From: Craspedostauros australis
Lineage: Eukaryota
Assembly: GCA_030167865.1 (NCBI GenBank)
Contig: JALAGF010006292.1
Span: 62,001 to 91,576, forward strand
Direction of reading: 5' to 3'
DNA length: 29,576 nt
A program made the translations under genes and the position numbers. The notes under the pieces were generated by a model that was given only the letters and a program-made list of their open reading frames with translations, did no database searches and was not told where the DNA came from. Shown here piece after piece: positions 1 through 12,700 of this stretch; positions within the stretch are counted from its first letter, which is position 1, and each line of letters starts with the position of its first letter.

Positions 1-470
1 AAGAAGGAAGCCTTTTCGTTGCGCGAAAGGGAGAAGAGGATGTTCCAGAACCATTGGATCTGCTCATCGGCTGGCTTCCACCCTTGATAGTCCGTGTTCT
101 GCTTCAGGTCGTGAACATCGATGTCCGGAAGGCCCGAGATGAGCAGCTCCAGCTCCTTGGGAGTGAAGATGGAGATGAGACCTGGGCTGACCAGCTCGTA
201 GAAACCGTCGAGGTATGCCTTGATCTGGCTGGAAATCGCCGTTGTCATGCGGTGCTGACACACCAGACTGACGTACTTCGATTTGGACTCCTCGGAGACC
301 TTGATCTTGCGGCCATTGGGGATCAAGTCAATGATCTGATTTCGTCCGAAGGAGTAGTCCTCGATGGAGAATGTGAGTTCCAAACCCAAATCATCGAGGT
401 CGTATTGCAAAATGGTTTTCAGGTTCTTGTAGTAATCCGGATCGATGGCCTCCATGTCGTGATGCGTTGG
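1..470 (-). CDS. HUWE1: HECT E3 ligase exon 3 (partial; continues past the window edge, catalytic Cys not in window)
   Basis: Hand translation, absent from the ORF track: PTHHDMEAIDPDYYKNLKTILQYDLDDLGLELTFSIEDYSFGRNQIIDLIPNGRKIKV...FTPKELELLISGLPDIDVHDLKQNTDYQGW...IQWFWNILFSLSRNEKASF. No stops. Confidence 0.93.
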
Positions 471-701
471 CTGTGGGCAAACGTTGTAGAGTATCGACGA
501 TTGAATAGGGTGATTGTATCGGTATGCAGTGATGCATTGGATGAGTGCATTGGTAAATGAATGGAAGAAAAAGCAACACAGACATGCAAGTCATGATGGG
601 CATTGCAATAAGAGGTTGTGAAAGCGTGAAGATGAGCCCGGGTGTCAGAATCATACGCGCGTAGAATCATGAACAAGAGCGAGCGACAAGCGCAGTCGTA
701 C
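471..701 (-). other. Intron 2 of the HECT gene (231 bp, GT-AG, phase 0)
   Basis: AAG|GTACGA donor at 701 and CCCACAG| acceptor ending at 471. The join gives KHMLGIK|PTHHDMEAIDPDYYKNL, a canonical HECT sequence. Confidence 0.9.
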
Positions 702-3700
702 CTTGATCCCAAGCATGTGCTTGTATAGGCTCCTCGTGAAATGAGCATCCAGAAGGTAACCATCTGCGACGGCCTTTCCGACTATGCGGCCAACGAAACG
801 GAAGAAGCTCAGGTGATCGGGATTAATGGCGCTGTTTGGATTGGGCTGGAATGTGCTCCCGTCTTCCGTGGATGTGAAGAGAGCGTAGTTGGGGTTGAAT
901 ATCTCCTTGGCGAGAATGCCGAAGAATTCTCGCGACAGACCACCGGCATCCACCCCCTCTTCGTTGCGGAAGGTGATATGCAGCCTCCCTCTCATCTCGT
1001 CAGCGTTGCGAAGCAACAGCTGATGATACGCATCTTCAAAGACATGCTTGCGCCGGATCTGCAGCCGAAGGCTACCAAATCTACGGTTCGCCTGTTGTCG
1101 CAAACGGCGGACTTGGGTCTTGAACCACTGGCGTTTCACATCAAAACTCAGAAGAACGCGGCACTGCGGGACCTGAATGAGCGTCCGAAGCCCCTTGTCG
1201 ATGAGACTCGGGTTGTTGCGGATCAGTGCATTGACGAGCACCTTGTTGGCGCTGACAAAGTTCAGCACTCGGTCACCCCCCACCAAATGTCCCAGGTTGA
1301 CATTTCCACGAAGGGGACCATCCTGCGCTTGGTTGCTCTCATCTTCGTCGTCGTCGTCATCTTCGTCGCCTGACTTCTGTTTGGTCCTTGTCACGCTTGC
1401 ATTGGCGACGAAGAACGCTTCAACCGATGGCAAGAAACGGGTGAGGAGCCCGGCGACACTGTTCTGCAACCTCTTGCTCCCATTGTCATCATCGTCATCA
1501 GCGTCGTTGGCATCTGCGTCGTTGTTGTCGGCATCGTCGCCGTCCCCCTCGCTGCCCGGCGTTGTTGACACGCCTTCGAGAACCTGGACGATCTTTAAGC
1601 ATGAGGTCAGTTCATCCCACAATGAATCAAGATCCATGGCCTTCAGCAGGTGGACCATCTCGAATGTCACCACTGTGTTCCCCTCCAGCTTCTTGTATGC
1701 CCCGTCTTCACCAGGGTCAACGCACAACGCATGGAGCGTCTGCAGCACACGTAAGAGCTTGAGCTCACTGGTGCTTGTGGAGACAGCGATCGTATTCGAT
1801 GCACTGCCGACGGGTGGCGATGCCGAAGCCTCTGCATCTTCTGGTGTTTTTGTTTCTTGCTGTCTTTGAGACAACGCGGCGGACAGACGGATGTTCAGAG
1901 TTTTTAGATCTTTGATCGCATCGACTCCCAACGCGTGGGCCACGGAAGCCAGCTCGGCAAGGACATGACCTCTGTTGCCATGTAGGCGGCACAATCTTCT
2001 CACGATGGTGTTGACCCTTCCGAAGGAAGTGTCCCTGCAGCTCTCCAGTCGAAGAACGGAACACAGAATCTGGAGACGGCGCTGTGATACTTCCACTCTT
2101 GGAACACTCACCCACTCCTTTCCTGATGCAGCCGCCGCCTCCGCTTCTGCAGGTGACACCTCCATTTCTTCGTCCATATGTCTGGATATGCTGGACAATG
2201 GAGAGACGGCCGTTTCGAGGACCGTGAGCAAGTTCTCGAGATTCGCCGAGCTCTTCGTGTAGCGTCGCTTCTCCAGAAGATCCAACAGCAGGTCGAAACC
2301 GGTACTTGATCCAGAACCGTCCTTGTCCTTGAAGCTCTGATGAACCAGCAAATCCAGGCAGAACCTCGTGGAATTCTTGCAGAGGTACTGCAGAGAGTCA
2401 ACGATACGATATGCCACCACGTACGGCAGGATTTCTTCCTTTGATGACCCTCTGGCTGTCACTGGTAAGTTGGCTGCGATTGAAGCCATGGTGTCATTCG
2501 TTGGTCGTCTCTGCAAGGTTGATGCTGGATACATGCGGTCGAGGCCCAGGATTTCTGGTGCTGCTCCAATTAGTGCACTCGGTGGGAATTCGACCGTGTT
2601 ATCTGTCTGTGTTCCATCGGCGCTTCTGATCGCGCCGCCAATATCAGCACCACTGTTGCGGAGGGAAAGTTGGTCGATCGCGGCAAGGGCGCTGGTGCTG
2701 TCATCATGGAGCAAATTGATGAAGATGGACGTGAAGGCGCGACGAAGGTCCCGATCAACGATGATGTTGCTCAAATTCTTTTGCATCAGACGGAAAGGCC
2801 GCACGGGAGAGAGCAAGAAGTACAGTCTCACGAAGGCTTGGACATCCAGTGCAGAGAATGGAGAGCTCAGAGCGACAGGTCCACCATCTGGCATGCAGAT
2901 GATCGAATTCTTGTCAAGTTCTGCTCGGATCTTCCCAGACCGTTGCCTGCGCCTGGATGACGTCGCCGCGACTTCACCACCTTCGCCAGCATCACGAGCC
3001 GACGCGTTGCCACTCGTTCTCCCTGATGGTGGATTGGCGGTTGCGTTTGTCGCCGGTTGCTCTGGTGCAACCTGCCCTCCTCGCTGCACAAGATCGCCGT
3101 GATCTCGCCTAGCCGATGACGCTCGCTCGCGGAGAAGTTGTGCCTCTGCGATGATTTCAGGCGGGAGGCTCTGGAGGAAAGAATCCGCAGCAGTGGTGAG
3201 GATCTCGTGTCTGAGTTCCGGCGACAGTGACGCGATGAAGCTCGCGTTGTCCATTTCTTCCGCGTTCGCAGGATCAGCAGGTTCTTCGGGGAGAGCCGCG
3301 ATGCCGCGTTCACGCCGATCTTGTTCAATGGCCTCACGCCGCATATCTTCGGGAAGCGCCGCAAGGACTCCTGGGTCCAGCGATGACCCTTCATCGAGCT
3401 GCAGCACAAGCTCGGCCTGGGCACGGGCATCATCGACAATGTCTTGTTGCATCTCGAGTGGGAGGCTGTTGAAAGCTTCAAGATCTATGCCTGCGGGACA
3501 TTGCAGCTGTGCGGGAGATCCCGTGCCCTGTCCGCGGCTGGATTCCTCGTTTGCATTCGTAGCATTCGCGCCCTCGCTGTCGACGTCTCCATTTCCGTTG
3601 CTGGCCGTGGTGTCCACGGAAGCACCCGGGTCTTCCTGCTGTTGATCAGATGACTGGTCTACCTCGTCGGCTGGTGTCGTAGCTTCAAGTGTGCTTTCGT

Positions 3701-6700
3701 TCTCGTTTTGCGCACCTAGCTGGTGCCCCGTCGAGCTCTCTGTTGCTGGCGCAGTGCCAGAACTGTTGATCTCGTCATTCCCAGGAGATAGCCTCAGACC
3801 TTGAGCGAGCGAGGACGCGACTTCTGCATCTTCTTCATCATTGTTGTTCTCGGAAGGTTCGTTCGAGGGTGAGGTTGGTCCGCCATCGCTGGTGCCGCCA
3901 GCACCAAGCACATTCATGCCAGCTGTGGTGTCTGCCTCGGTTCCATTCTCGACCTGGTTCTCGTCTTCAGGCCGGCTCCCGTTTTGATCGGCAGCATCGG
4001 CGCTGGCCGAAACATTTGGTTGCGGTCGGCTTCCGGGTTCGCCGTCGTCACCACCATCCCTGCCATTCCCGGCGTCTACATCTGCATCGTCGCTGTTGCC
4101 TTGATCATTTGGACCAGTATTGTCGTCTGCGCTTGCATGTGCATCGCTTTCAACGTCCATGCTGACAGCTTCCTCTGGTTGTGATTCGTGAACAGGGGCT
4201 TCTGATGCCCCATCCATTCCTTGTGCCTCTGCATTTGATGCATTCGCCGCGGTACTTTCGTCGCGTCCCCCTTGTCCCTCAGGCTCGTTTTGTTCTTCGC
4301 CTGCACCTGCATCGGTGCTGGAAGCGGTGCCAGGACCTGAACTGCTTGCTCTGGGACCGCTTCTGGCAGTGGTTGGCAGTGATGACATGGAGAGCGCCAA
4401 CGCCCCTTCGAAGACGGAAGCAAAATCTTGTGCGACGGCATCAAATGGCAATCCATCATCAGTCCAGCCAACTGACGGCGCGTGTCTGCGTGGAGCGAAT
4501 AAGGTGAGCGTGGGCGGCGCGATGCTTTGCGATGACACAATCCTCCCAGCTTGCGTTGCGACCAGCTGCAAGCTGTCGGAATAGGAGGCCGACCAGTCAC
4601 TTGACCGCATGTCCTGGATCTGATCCAGCCGGGGGCCGCTGACAGTGTGCGGCAGCAAGTCCGACACAAGTGCGTTGATCGGTGGGAGGTTGGCCCCGCA
4701 CAGCAGCGGGTGTTGGATGTGTTGGGTCCTCGGGTTGGTCGCATTCGATGCACCATTTGGAAAGAGCTGCCCGTCATTTGCAAGGTATGGCGTCTCGGAT
4801 GGCCGCGATGTAGGAAAAGGCGTGACGACGTCGTAATTTCGACTTCCTACAGTGATGGATGGCCCACCGTAGGCATACTCCATCGAACTGATCTCGTTCC
4901 AGTTGTGACCACCGCCTATGGAAGTATATCCAACATCCGGCTGATTCCGTTGCTCCACAAAGGGTAGAATGCCAAGGGCACCTCTGCTTCTTCGTTCTCG
5001 GTTGAGACCCTCAGTGACGTTCCGAAGCTGGTTGCTGATATCTCCATCGGCGCGAGCCAATCCTGGAGCGTTCGCAGATAGTCTTGGGGCATTTTGGTGC
5101 ACGACTCGCAACCCAAAAGACTCGCCGAACTGGGCCCACGTATCTCTATGGAATTCTGTGTTTTGCAGCAGCCTCTCGATCATAGCTTCTGCTGTGTTGA
5201 TGGTTGTGACAGGAGAACGAACCGTCCAGTTGCCTCGCTGGCTGCCTCTGACATTCCCGCCATGCCGACCACCCAACACCACGCCGTCAGATCCGGAGTT
5301 TTCGACCGACATCCAGCCTTCATCGAGAGCGGAATCGACGCGATCCGTTCCAGTCCCATCGTGCTCGATATCGTGATTGTCGACGTTCGAACCGTCTCCG
5401 AAGTCCACCTGAAAAGCACCATCTGCGTCAACACCATGAACTCCACCGTACATGTTGGAGTCTTCGACCATGGAGTCTATGAAATCTTCGACATGACTTC
5501 TGTCATCCTCGATTCCGTCGTCCTCGATGTCATCGTCATCATTATCATCGTCGCCCTCCAGGAGAGAGTCGTCATCGTCGTCGTCATCGTCTTCATCGTC
5601 ATCCATGGAATCGCCGATGCTGGATGAATCCCCGAAGCTGTCGGATTCCTCGGACATTCCATCGTCGCTGCTTGACATGTCATCGTCGTCATCTTCTTCA
5701 TCATCAATATCGTCGATAATGTCGTCCTCGATGTGACCCAGATCGCCATGCCCCCCGGCGCTGGCAACATCCATTCCAATGCCATCGACATCGTCGGATT
5801 GATCGCTCTCGGATTCTGATTCCATTCCAAGGTCAGACCTGCGGTCTGGACGCGCATTGATGGCGTTGTGGACAAAACCTTCGTCCAGGCCTGCTGTGGG
5901 ACCCCTCGAATCGTTCGGGGCGTCACTGAACGAGTTGCTCAAATTGACATCCGCGCCTGCTGCCTCGTTTCGCGAGGCGTTGGCTGTTTCAGGCGGACTG
6001 TTGCCTGCTGCGATTCGCTTCGTGTTCTTGCTATCCGACGATTTCTTGATCATGGTGGAAACGTTATCATTGACGCTTGTCCTGGTCAGAATCTCTAACG
6101 GAACAAGAAGCTTCCCGCATACTGTTGCCGTCATCGGGTGGTTCAACGGGACCCGTTGGATTGCTGTGAGTAGTGCATGGACCATGCCATACTCCAGCAT
6201 GAGCTTGATAACGTCGAAGCTCAAGGCTCCGTTGCCACCGCTCCTTGGGGCGGCAAGTCCAGCACACAGCTCTCCCCATGCATTGAAGGCATGCATACCC
6301 GTCGCCCTGACCTCATCTTTCGAAAGCTTCGTGCTGTGCGAAGCGTTCGGCGAATGCCCAAGCGTTCCGCAACTCATCGCAAAGACCAATTCGGCGATGG
6401 CCTTTCGCCGACCCTCTCCCGGCCTTGCGACCAAGGAAAGCACAACGCGGGCAGACGACTGCGCAACGCGAATTCTCTTGAAGGCGACCAGCTTTTTGCT
6501 TCGAGTTGCTTTCGCTTCTGGGCTTTCATCTGTCAGCTTTGGTTCCGGTAGTTGCCAGTGCTTCTTGCTCAGCCATCGGTTGGTGGGAAGCAATACATGG
6601 AGAAGAAAGCAAAGGAAGGACTTCGATGGAGTGTGACCTCCCGGCAGCGCGTGGTGAAGGTTTGCAAATGCGCTTGATGTACGATTGCCGCTTTCTTTTG

Positions 6701-9700
6701 ACCGGCTGTGCTTGTGCTTGCAAACTGCCACGATGCAGGCTGGGATGGCAATGATGAGGTCTGCCATCAACTCCAGCACGTCGGCCGTCCAAAGGAATGA
6801 TTCGGAGTACGAGAAGTCGCACGGCGCGGCCTTCGTCGGTCGCTTGCGCCGCAGGTTCTTGGTCTGCTGGGCGATTCGATTGATGAGCAAGGTGATGACG
6901 AACGTACTTGGGTTCTCCATCGCGTTGTTGGTTCGGGGACCATCGATGTCATCGGAGGTTCTGTCGCTCCTTTCGCGCTTGATCCGTTTCGGTGTGAGGC
7001 CACGTTTCGAGTCCTTGCGCGGAGTTTTACTTCGGTGACTCGCGCCAGAGTTTCTCCTGTGCCGAGATCCAATGGACTGTCGGGAACGATCCCTGGCAGT
7101 TGGTCGAGGCATTTCGGACAGGATCTTCATTCGCTCTGTTCGTTCATTCATTGCCAATGGCGAGACGCGAACATCTGACTGATCCGACCCGGCCTGCTGG
7201 TGAAACTTGACAGAGACAAACAGCGCCTTAACGAAGCACAGCGAATTTCGGCATGCCATCTGTTTCGAATGTTGCATCAGGGCATGGCTCGAGACTGGCG
7301 ATCTCTCAACAAAACCAGACGAAACGTTCCTCTTCCTGCCTTGGAGCTTTGCGATCGTTCCCCGAATCTCGGTCTCCATGTTCGCTTGCAATGTGGATTC
7401 ATCCTCCAAGAGTCGGCGGACGATCATGTTCACGACAGTCGTATGCCCAACGAATCGGCAAGCATTTGGGAGCGCGAGGATCTTCTCCACCACCCCTGCC
7501 CGTAGGCATTGTGATGCGTAGCCAGTGTTCCGAAGCAGCCGCATGAGTAGCAACAGAGTCGCATGGATTATTCCTGGGTTTGTGCAGGCCGAGCTTCGTC
7601 TGAGGATAGACAGACAAAGCCGCAATGCCGCGTCCGATGCCTCCTTTGACATCAAGGGCTGGTAGACTGGCAGAGCCTTGAACATGTCTGTGGTGGCGGA
7701 TTCGGTATCCTTCTTGTGGCTGGCCTTGGTGTCCGTTGTGGTACTTTCGTCCACATCAGCGTTTGCATCATTGGCGTGATCGTTAGCACCGTTGGTCTGG
7801 AGAGTTGTGCCGGCGTCCTTGATGTGCTTTTTGTCATCGTTTTGCATGGCATTGTTGGGATCCTCCGTCGACGCCGTATCCTTGGTCGCATTCGATGCAC
7901 TCTTGCTTTCGCCGTTGTCACCATGTTTTCGTTTCTGTGCGGAATTGAAGATGGCGTCAACCTTATCGACGAAGTCCTTCGAGTACGATCGGTGCTCTGC
8001 CTTGACTTGATCATATTCGCTGCATTCATTCGCCGTCTCTACGTGGGCGCCTGCATTCGCGTTCGCATTTGCGTTTGTGTGTGCGTTTGCATCTCCGCCT
8101 GTGGCTGCACCAGCGGCTGTGCTTGCGCTGGCCTCGCCGTGAGTACCAGACGTACTGCGAGTATCCGTCGTCTTGGCACCACCAGCGGTCCCATCACTTG
8201 CAGAAAAATCAAACGCCACCATCGGCTGAGCCATGACGTCAAGGAGAAGGATGCACGGGGAGAACCATGCTGGCCATTTGTTGGTATGAGAGAGAAGCTC
8301 GTCTTCCTGGGTGTGGCCTTGTCCTTGTCCTGCATCTTTTTTGCAAGCCTTGAGGACACTCTGAACGGGGGAAAGGATTCGTGATACGAGCCCATGCTTG
8401 AGAACGAGGACCCTCGTTTTTGGCAAGGCTCTCAGCATGAGGACAGCTGCATGACACAAGGATCCAAATCTAGGACCGGCGCCTGGGGCAATCTTCCAGC
8501 CAGTTTGATCGCCCACGTCAGAGGCAACGATGGTTGATTTGATATGCCTCAACAGCGTATCCATGATATGGATGTGCTCTTCAGGGTAGCGCTGGCAGAG
8601 ATTGAGGAGGAAGGAGCTCAGGACTGTCGCCGATGCTTCCTTGTCTCCATCGATCGCTTCACCATGCCTTGCGTACGGGACTGATGGCTCGTTTCGGGTC
8701 TGTGGATTGACCTCGTCTGAGTGGTTCTCAAGAATGTCGCAAGCTACAGTCACAGCGGAACTTTTCCACTCGGCGATGTTCTGTTTCAAGACATCAACGT
8801 CGCGCTGCTCCGCACCGACTTTCTCATTTGTGGACTCGGCATCTACCTTCTCCCTTGACTCCGTATCACGGCTGGGTTGCGTCTCAGCCTCGGTCTCTGC
8901 CCCGGCATCGGCCGCAGTTCCTGTTCCTACTGATGCTGTAGTCGCATTCGTGCTTTCCGCCGCTCCTCCGTCAACATTCATGCTGTCGCCAGTATCCGCG
9001 CCAGTGTCTCGAGCATGGTTTGATGACGACTCCGCATCATTTGTGTCGATGGCAGCGTTAGCGTCTCCACTATCTGGGCTTGCGCTTGCGCCTGTGCCAC
9101 CAGCCCCATCCTCGTTGTTTGACGTGCCTCCCGCACGACCATTGTCTGCAGTATCTGCATTTTCTGTTTGGTCTGAACCATTTGCGTTCTGGGTATTGTC
9201 AGCAGCGTCGGCAGTGTCACCATTTCCATCGTGTCCATCTGCCTGCCGTTGCCTTTCCATAACTTCGTTGTTTCTGCGGATGGTCGCTTCATCTGGCCGT
9301 GGATTGGCGAGGGCGAAATTCAGCGCAACTTCCGTATTGTTTGAACGTGCTCGGAGGATCGCGTTGAGAGCAGTGTCGTGATTGAATCCCATCGCCCCCA
9401 GACTCGTCAATGTCTCCGCGTCGGGGACAAACGGCGGTTCCTGTCGGGCGATTGCCCTGCTCGATCCAGCGAGGAGCCCACGGATGTTGTTCAAAAGGAC
9501 GCTCTCTTGGAGCGGTGCAAACCTAGGTTCTGACGGCTTCGGTTTGGTAGACAGCTCCAAACCCTCCAGAGTCTGCGATATGAGCAGCACGAATGGGTTG
9601 AGGATGTATGATGGGACATGCTTCATGTTGCCATGCTTCCAGGCACGCAGCAGGCACTCCGATGTGCAGCAATGAAGCGTCCGTCTCATGCTGTCGAAAG

Positions 9701-12700
9701 AGAATTTTTCCTCTGGTTTGAAATCGGCCATGGTTGAAGGTGATTCCTGTTCGAACAACTCAGTGTGCCCCACCAAGATGGAAACGTCCTCCTGTTTCAT
9801 ACTTTCCAGCATCTGCACCGAGTGAGATGTGCTTATCGTAGGCGCCGCCAGGACTTGACGCACGAGATTCATCAAGGGTGGAAGGCTTGCTGCTGAGATC
9901 CTGCTTGAGAGCTGCATGGGCAACATGGTGGCGTTTCCTTGCTGACCGTGTGCTGCATCTGTCGATTGTCGCTCGCGACTTCGCTGGGCAAAATCATCCA
10001 GGCTCGTTTTGAGAATGTACTCCATCGCATCCAGGAAGGTGTACGTTTGCTCATCTTGTTCCTGTTGTTCTGATTTAGATTTCATGAGCGCAACGAGGAG
10101 GACATTGTTGAGTGTCCTGCGTTCTCTCTTTTCTTCCACCAAGCACGAATGCATCTGATCGAGCATGCAGCCCAGGTACATCCTCACGGTTCCAGGCGTG
10201 ATAGTCTCGTTCTTTTCGTACGATCCACCCTCGTAGAAAGGAACGGTGAGGTCGGCCTCGAAGCCGTTGCGGATTTCGCAAGAGATCATCCTGATCAGTG
10301 TGGAGAGATAGCGTCCAACTGTTCCGTGATGGAAGGACATCTTGGATTGGGCTGGAAGTGACCGGAAGTCCGACAAGATGAGCTTCGCGAGCCACGAGAA
10401 TATCTCAGAGTAACTGGACTGCATTCGGGCCAACACATTTGCACTGGATGTGCGTATGTCGGTGAGTCCAACCTCGAATCTAGGCTGTGCGGGAGTGTCT
10501 GAATCCGCAAGCGATTGCGTTCTGGGCGCTGTCCACACCGCAAGCACTTCTGCGATGGGTTCGCGACCGTGACCACGTGTTTGCTCCGACACCCACCCCC
10601 GCGAGGTTCGATATCGTAGAACGCCACACTTGTTCACGCACCGGTCGAAGGCGTCTGTGATCTCGCTCATCTCCATGTTCCCGACGCTGGCGCAGGAGTC
10701 TATTTCGATCCCATCTCGCACGACGGCTCCCTCCGAGCACACGATGCGAAGTCGATATCGCAGCTCTCGCTCGCCGTCGGCGTCTCCTTGCAACCTCCGC
10801 AACTCTCTCTCGTCAAACCCTGGTTGGGTGCGGACTCGGCATACCTCGAAGATGGCGGATCTCTGGAATCGTGACAGCCTCACTATCAGCCGTTCGAAGC
10901 TTGGTGAGATGAGTTCCTTCTTCCATTTGCGATCTCGCGAACTCCATCCTGTACTGCTCTCCGATGTGGCGTGGATTGCATGCCTGATCACATGGCAGAG
11001 CAGAGTGATTGTCCACTGCAGCGTGACGACGTGTCGCAAGTAGTCCGATAGAGCGACGGCCACAGGCGCGAAGCCCTTCAAATCGAGTTTGTGCAGGGGC
11101 AGGTCAGGCAGACCTTCCAACAGCATCAATGCAGTCCCCCTAAGTTGACGATCCTTCTCCGTGTCCTGCTGCTGCTCTTGCTGTTGTCGCTGGTGTGATG
11201 ATCTTGCAAGTACATCCGAGAGATGCTTCTGCTTCAGCTCCAACGCGTCCAACTGCGCAGTCAGTCTGCCCACCATGAGATGCAGTAGCTTTTGGGAATC
11301 ATATCGCGTCGCGATACATTTGAAGGCCAGGGTCAAGGAGTCTTGGGTGGTTGAATGCGTCAGCGTGCTCATAGCAGGGCAGCTGAGGCAACTGATATGG
11401 GAGAGGAACTGGAGGCCGTTTGGCATGAGATCTCGGTGCAACCTCAGCATCGCTTCCAATCCACTTGCCTTCATGAAATGAACGTAGTGATCGTCATTGT
11501 GCAAGGTGTGTTCCAGCATCTGGCCAAAGTTGAGGGCGTATTGCATCAGACATGTGCGAGAATCCTCCAGGTGGGCCGGAGGGCGAATGCCGTCCTCGTA
11601 GTCATCAACCTGCAGAGCTTCCTTGTTGGCGAGCTCCCGGGCGAAGTCGGCGACCTTGTGTAACGCATCAGCCACAGCCCGCATCACCAAAGGTTTTAGA
11701 ACACTGATATGGCGCATGATCTCATCCAACCCAGTGCCCACGATGGCAGCTATGTCGTTCAGTAGACAGCGGCTCCTTGGCATGGCGTACTTGGGATGAC
11801 GGAAAAGCCGCAGGAAGGCAGGGAATGGGTTGGCCGCCTTCACAGCTTTTGCACCATCTGTGGTCAACGACAACGCAGAGAGGATGTTGGGGATGGCCGC
11901 AATAAGCTCGGGAATGGCTGGCAGCTGCGGCTCGTCATCGATGTCCTCGCAGAGCATGGACAGAAACGACGTTGCCATCCCAGATGTGTGAACGTACTTG
12001 ACGATGTGCGGATCGCTGTTCATGACTTCAGTTATCAGGCCTCCGGCCAACGAGACGATGAAACCTCCGTAGAGATTGGCGTTTTCCATGATGTCAATCA
12101 CCACCGCAGTCAGAGTCGGTTTGCGCAGTTCAGTTGCACCGGAGGGGGCCGCCGATGATGCGGAAGTCGACTCTTGGTGGAATACAACGGTGAGGGTGGT
12201 GATCACATTGAAAAGCAGCACGCGGTACGAAAATGGCATGACGGCACGATCTTCTGGTGCGACCGCGCGTGGATTCGCTGCTGTTGACATCGACACTCCT
12301 GCTTCTGTTGCATGTGGCTCCAACTCGTCTTTGATTTCGTTGGAAGCTGCACCATCGGAGGTTTCTGGTGGGTCGCAATCCATCGCGGCCACCCCGTCGT
12401 CTTCCTCAGCTGCTGGCACTTGTGCGGTGCTGTTGGTCGTAGTAGCAGTAGTACTTGCCGTTGCCCCCTCCAAGAGCTTGGTGGTCAGAATCTCAACGCC
12501 ACGAAGATCGTTGAAGGCGTTGAACGCGTTGTTGTGATTGGCGATGGCGGTTTCCATGATGTGCACCGATTGCGCCGAAATGAATGCCAGCATCGACTTC
12601 ACGCGCTGAAGCTGCGACGGTGTCAGTGTGCTGGACAGACGCTCCAGGCATGGTTTGGGGTCCACAGATATCGTCGTGAGCAGGGCTGGGATGAGTCCGC

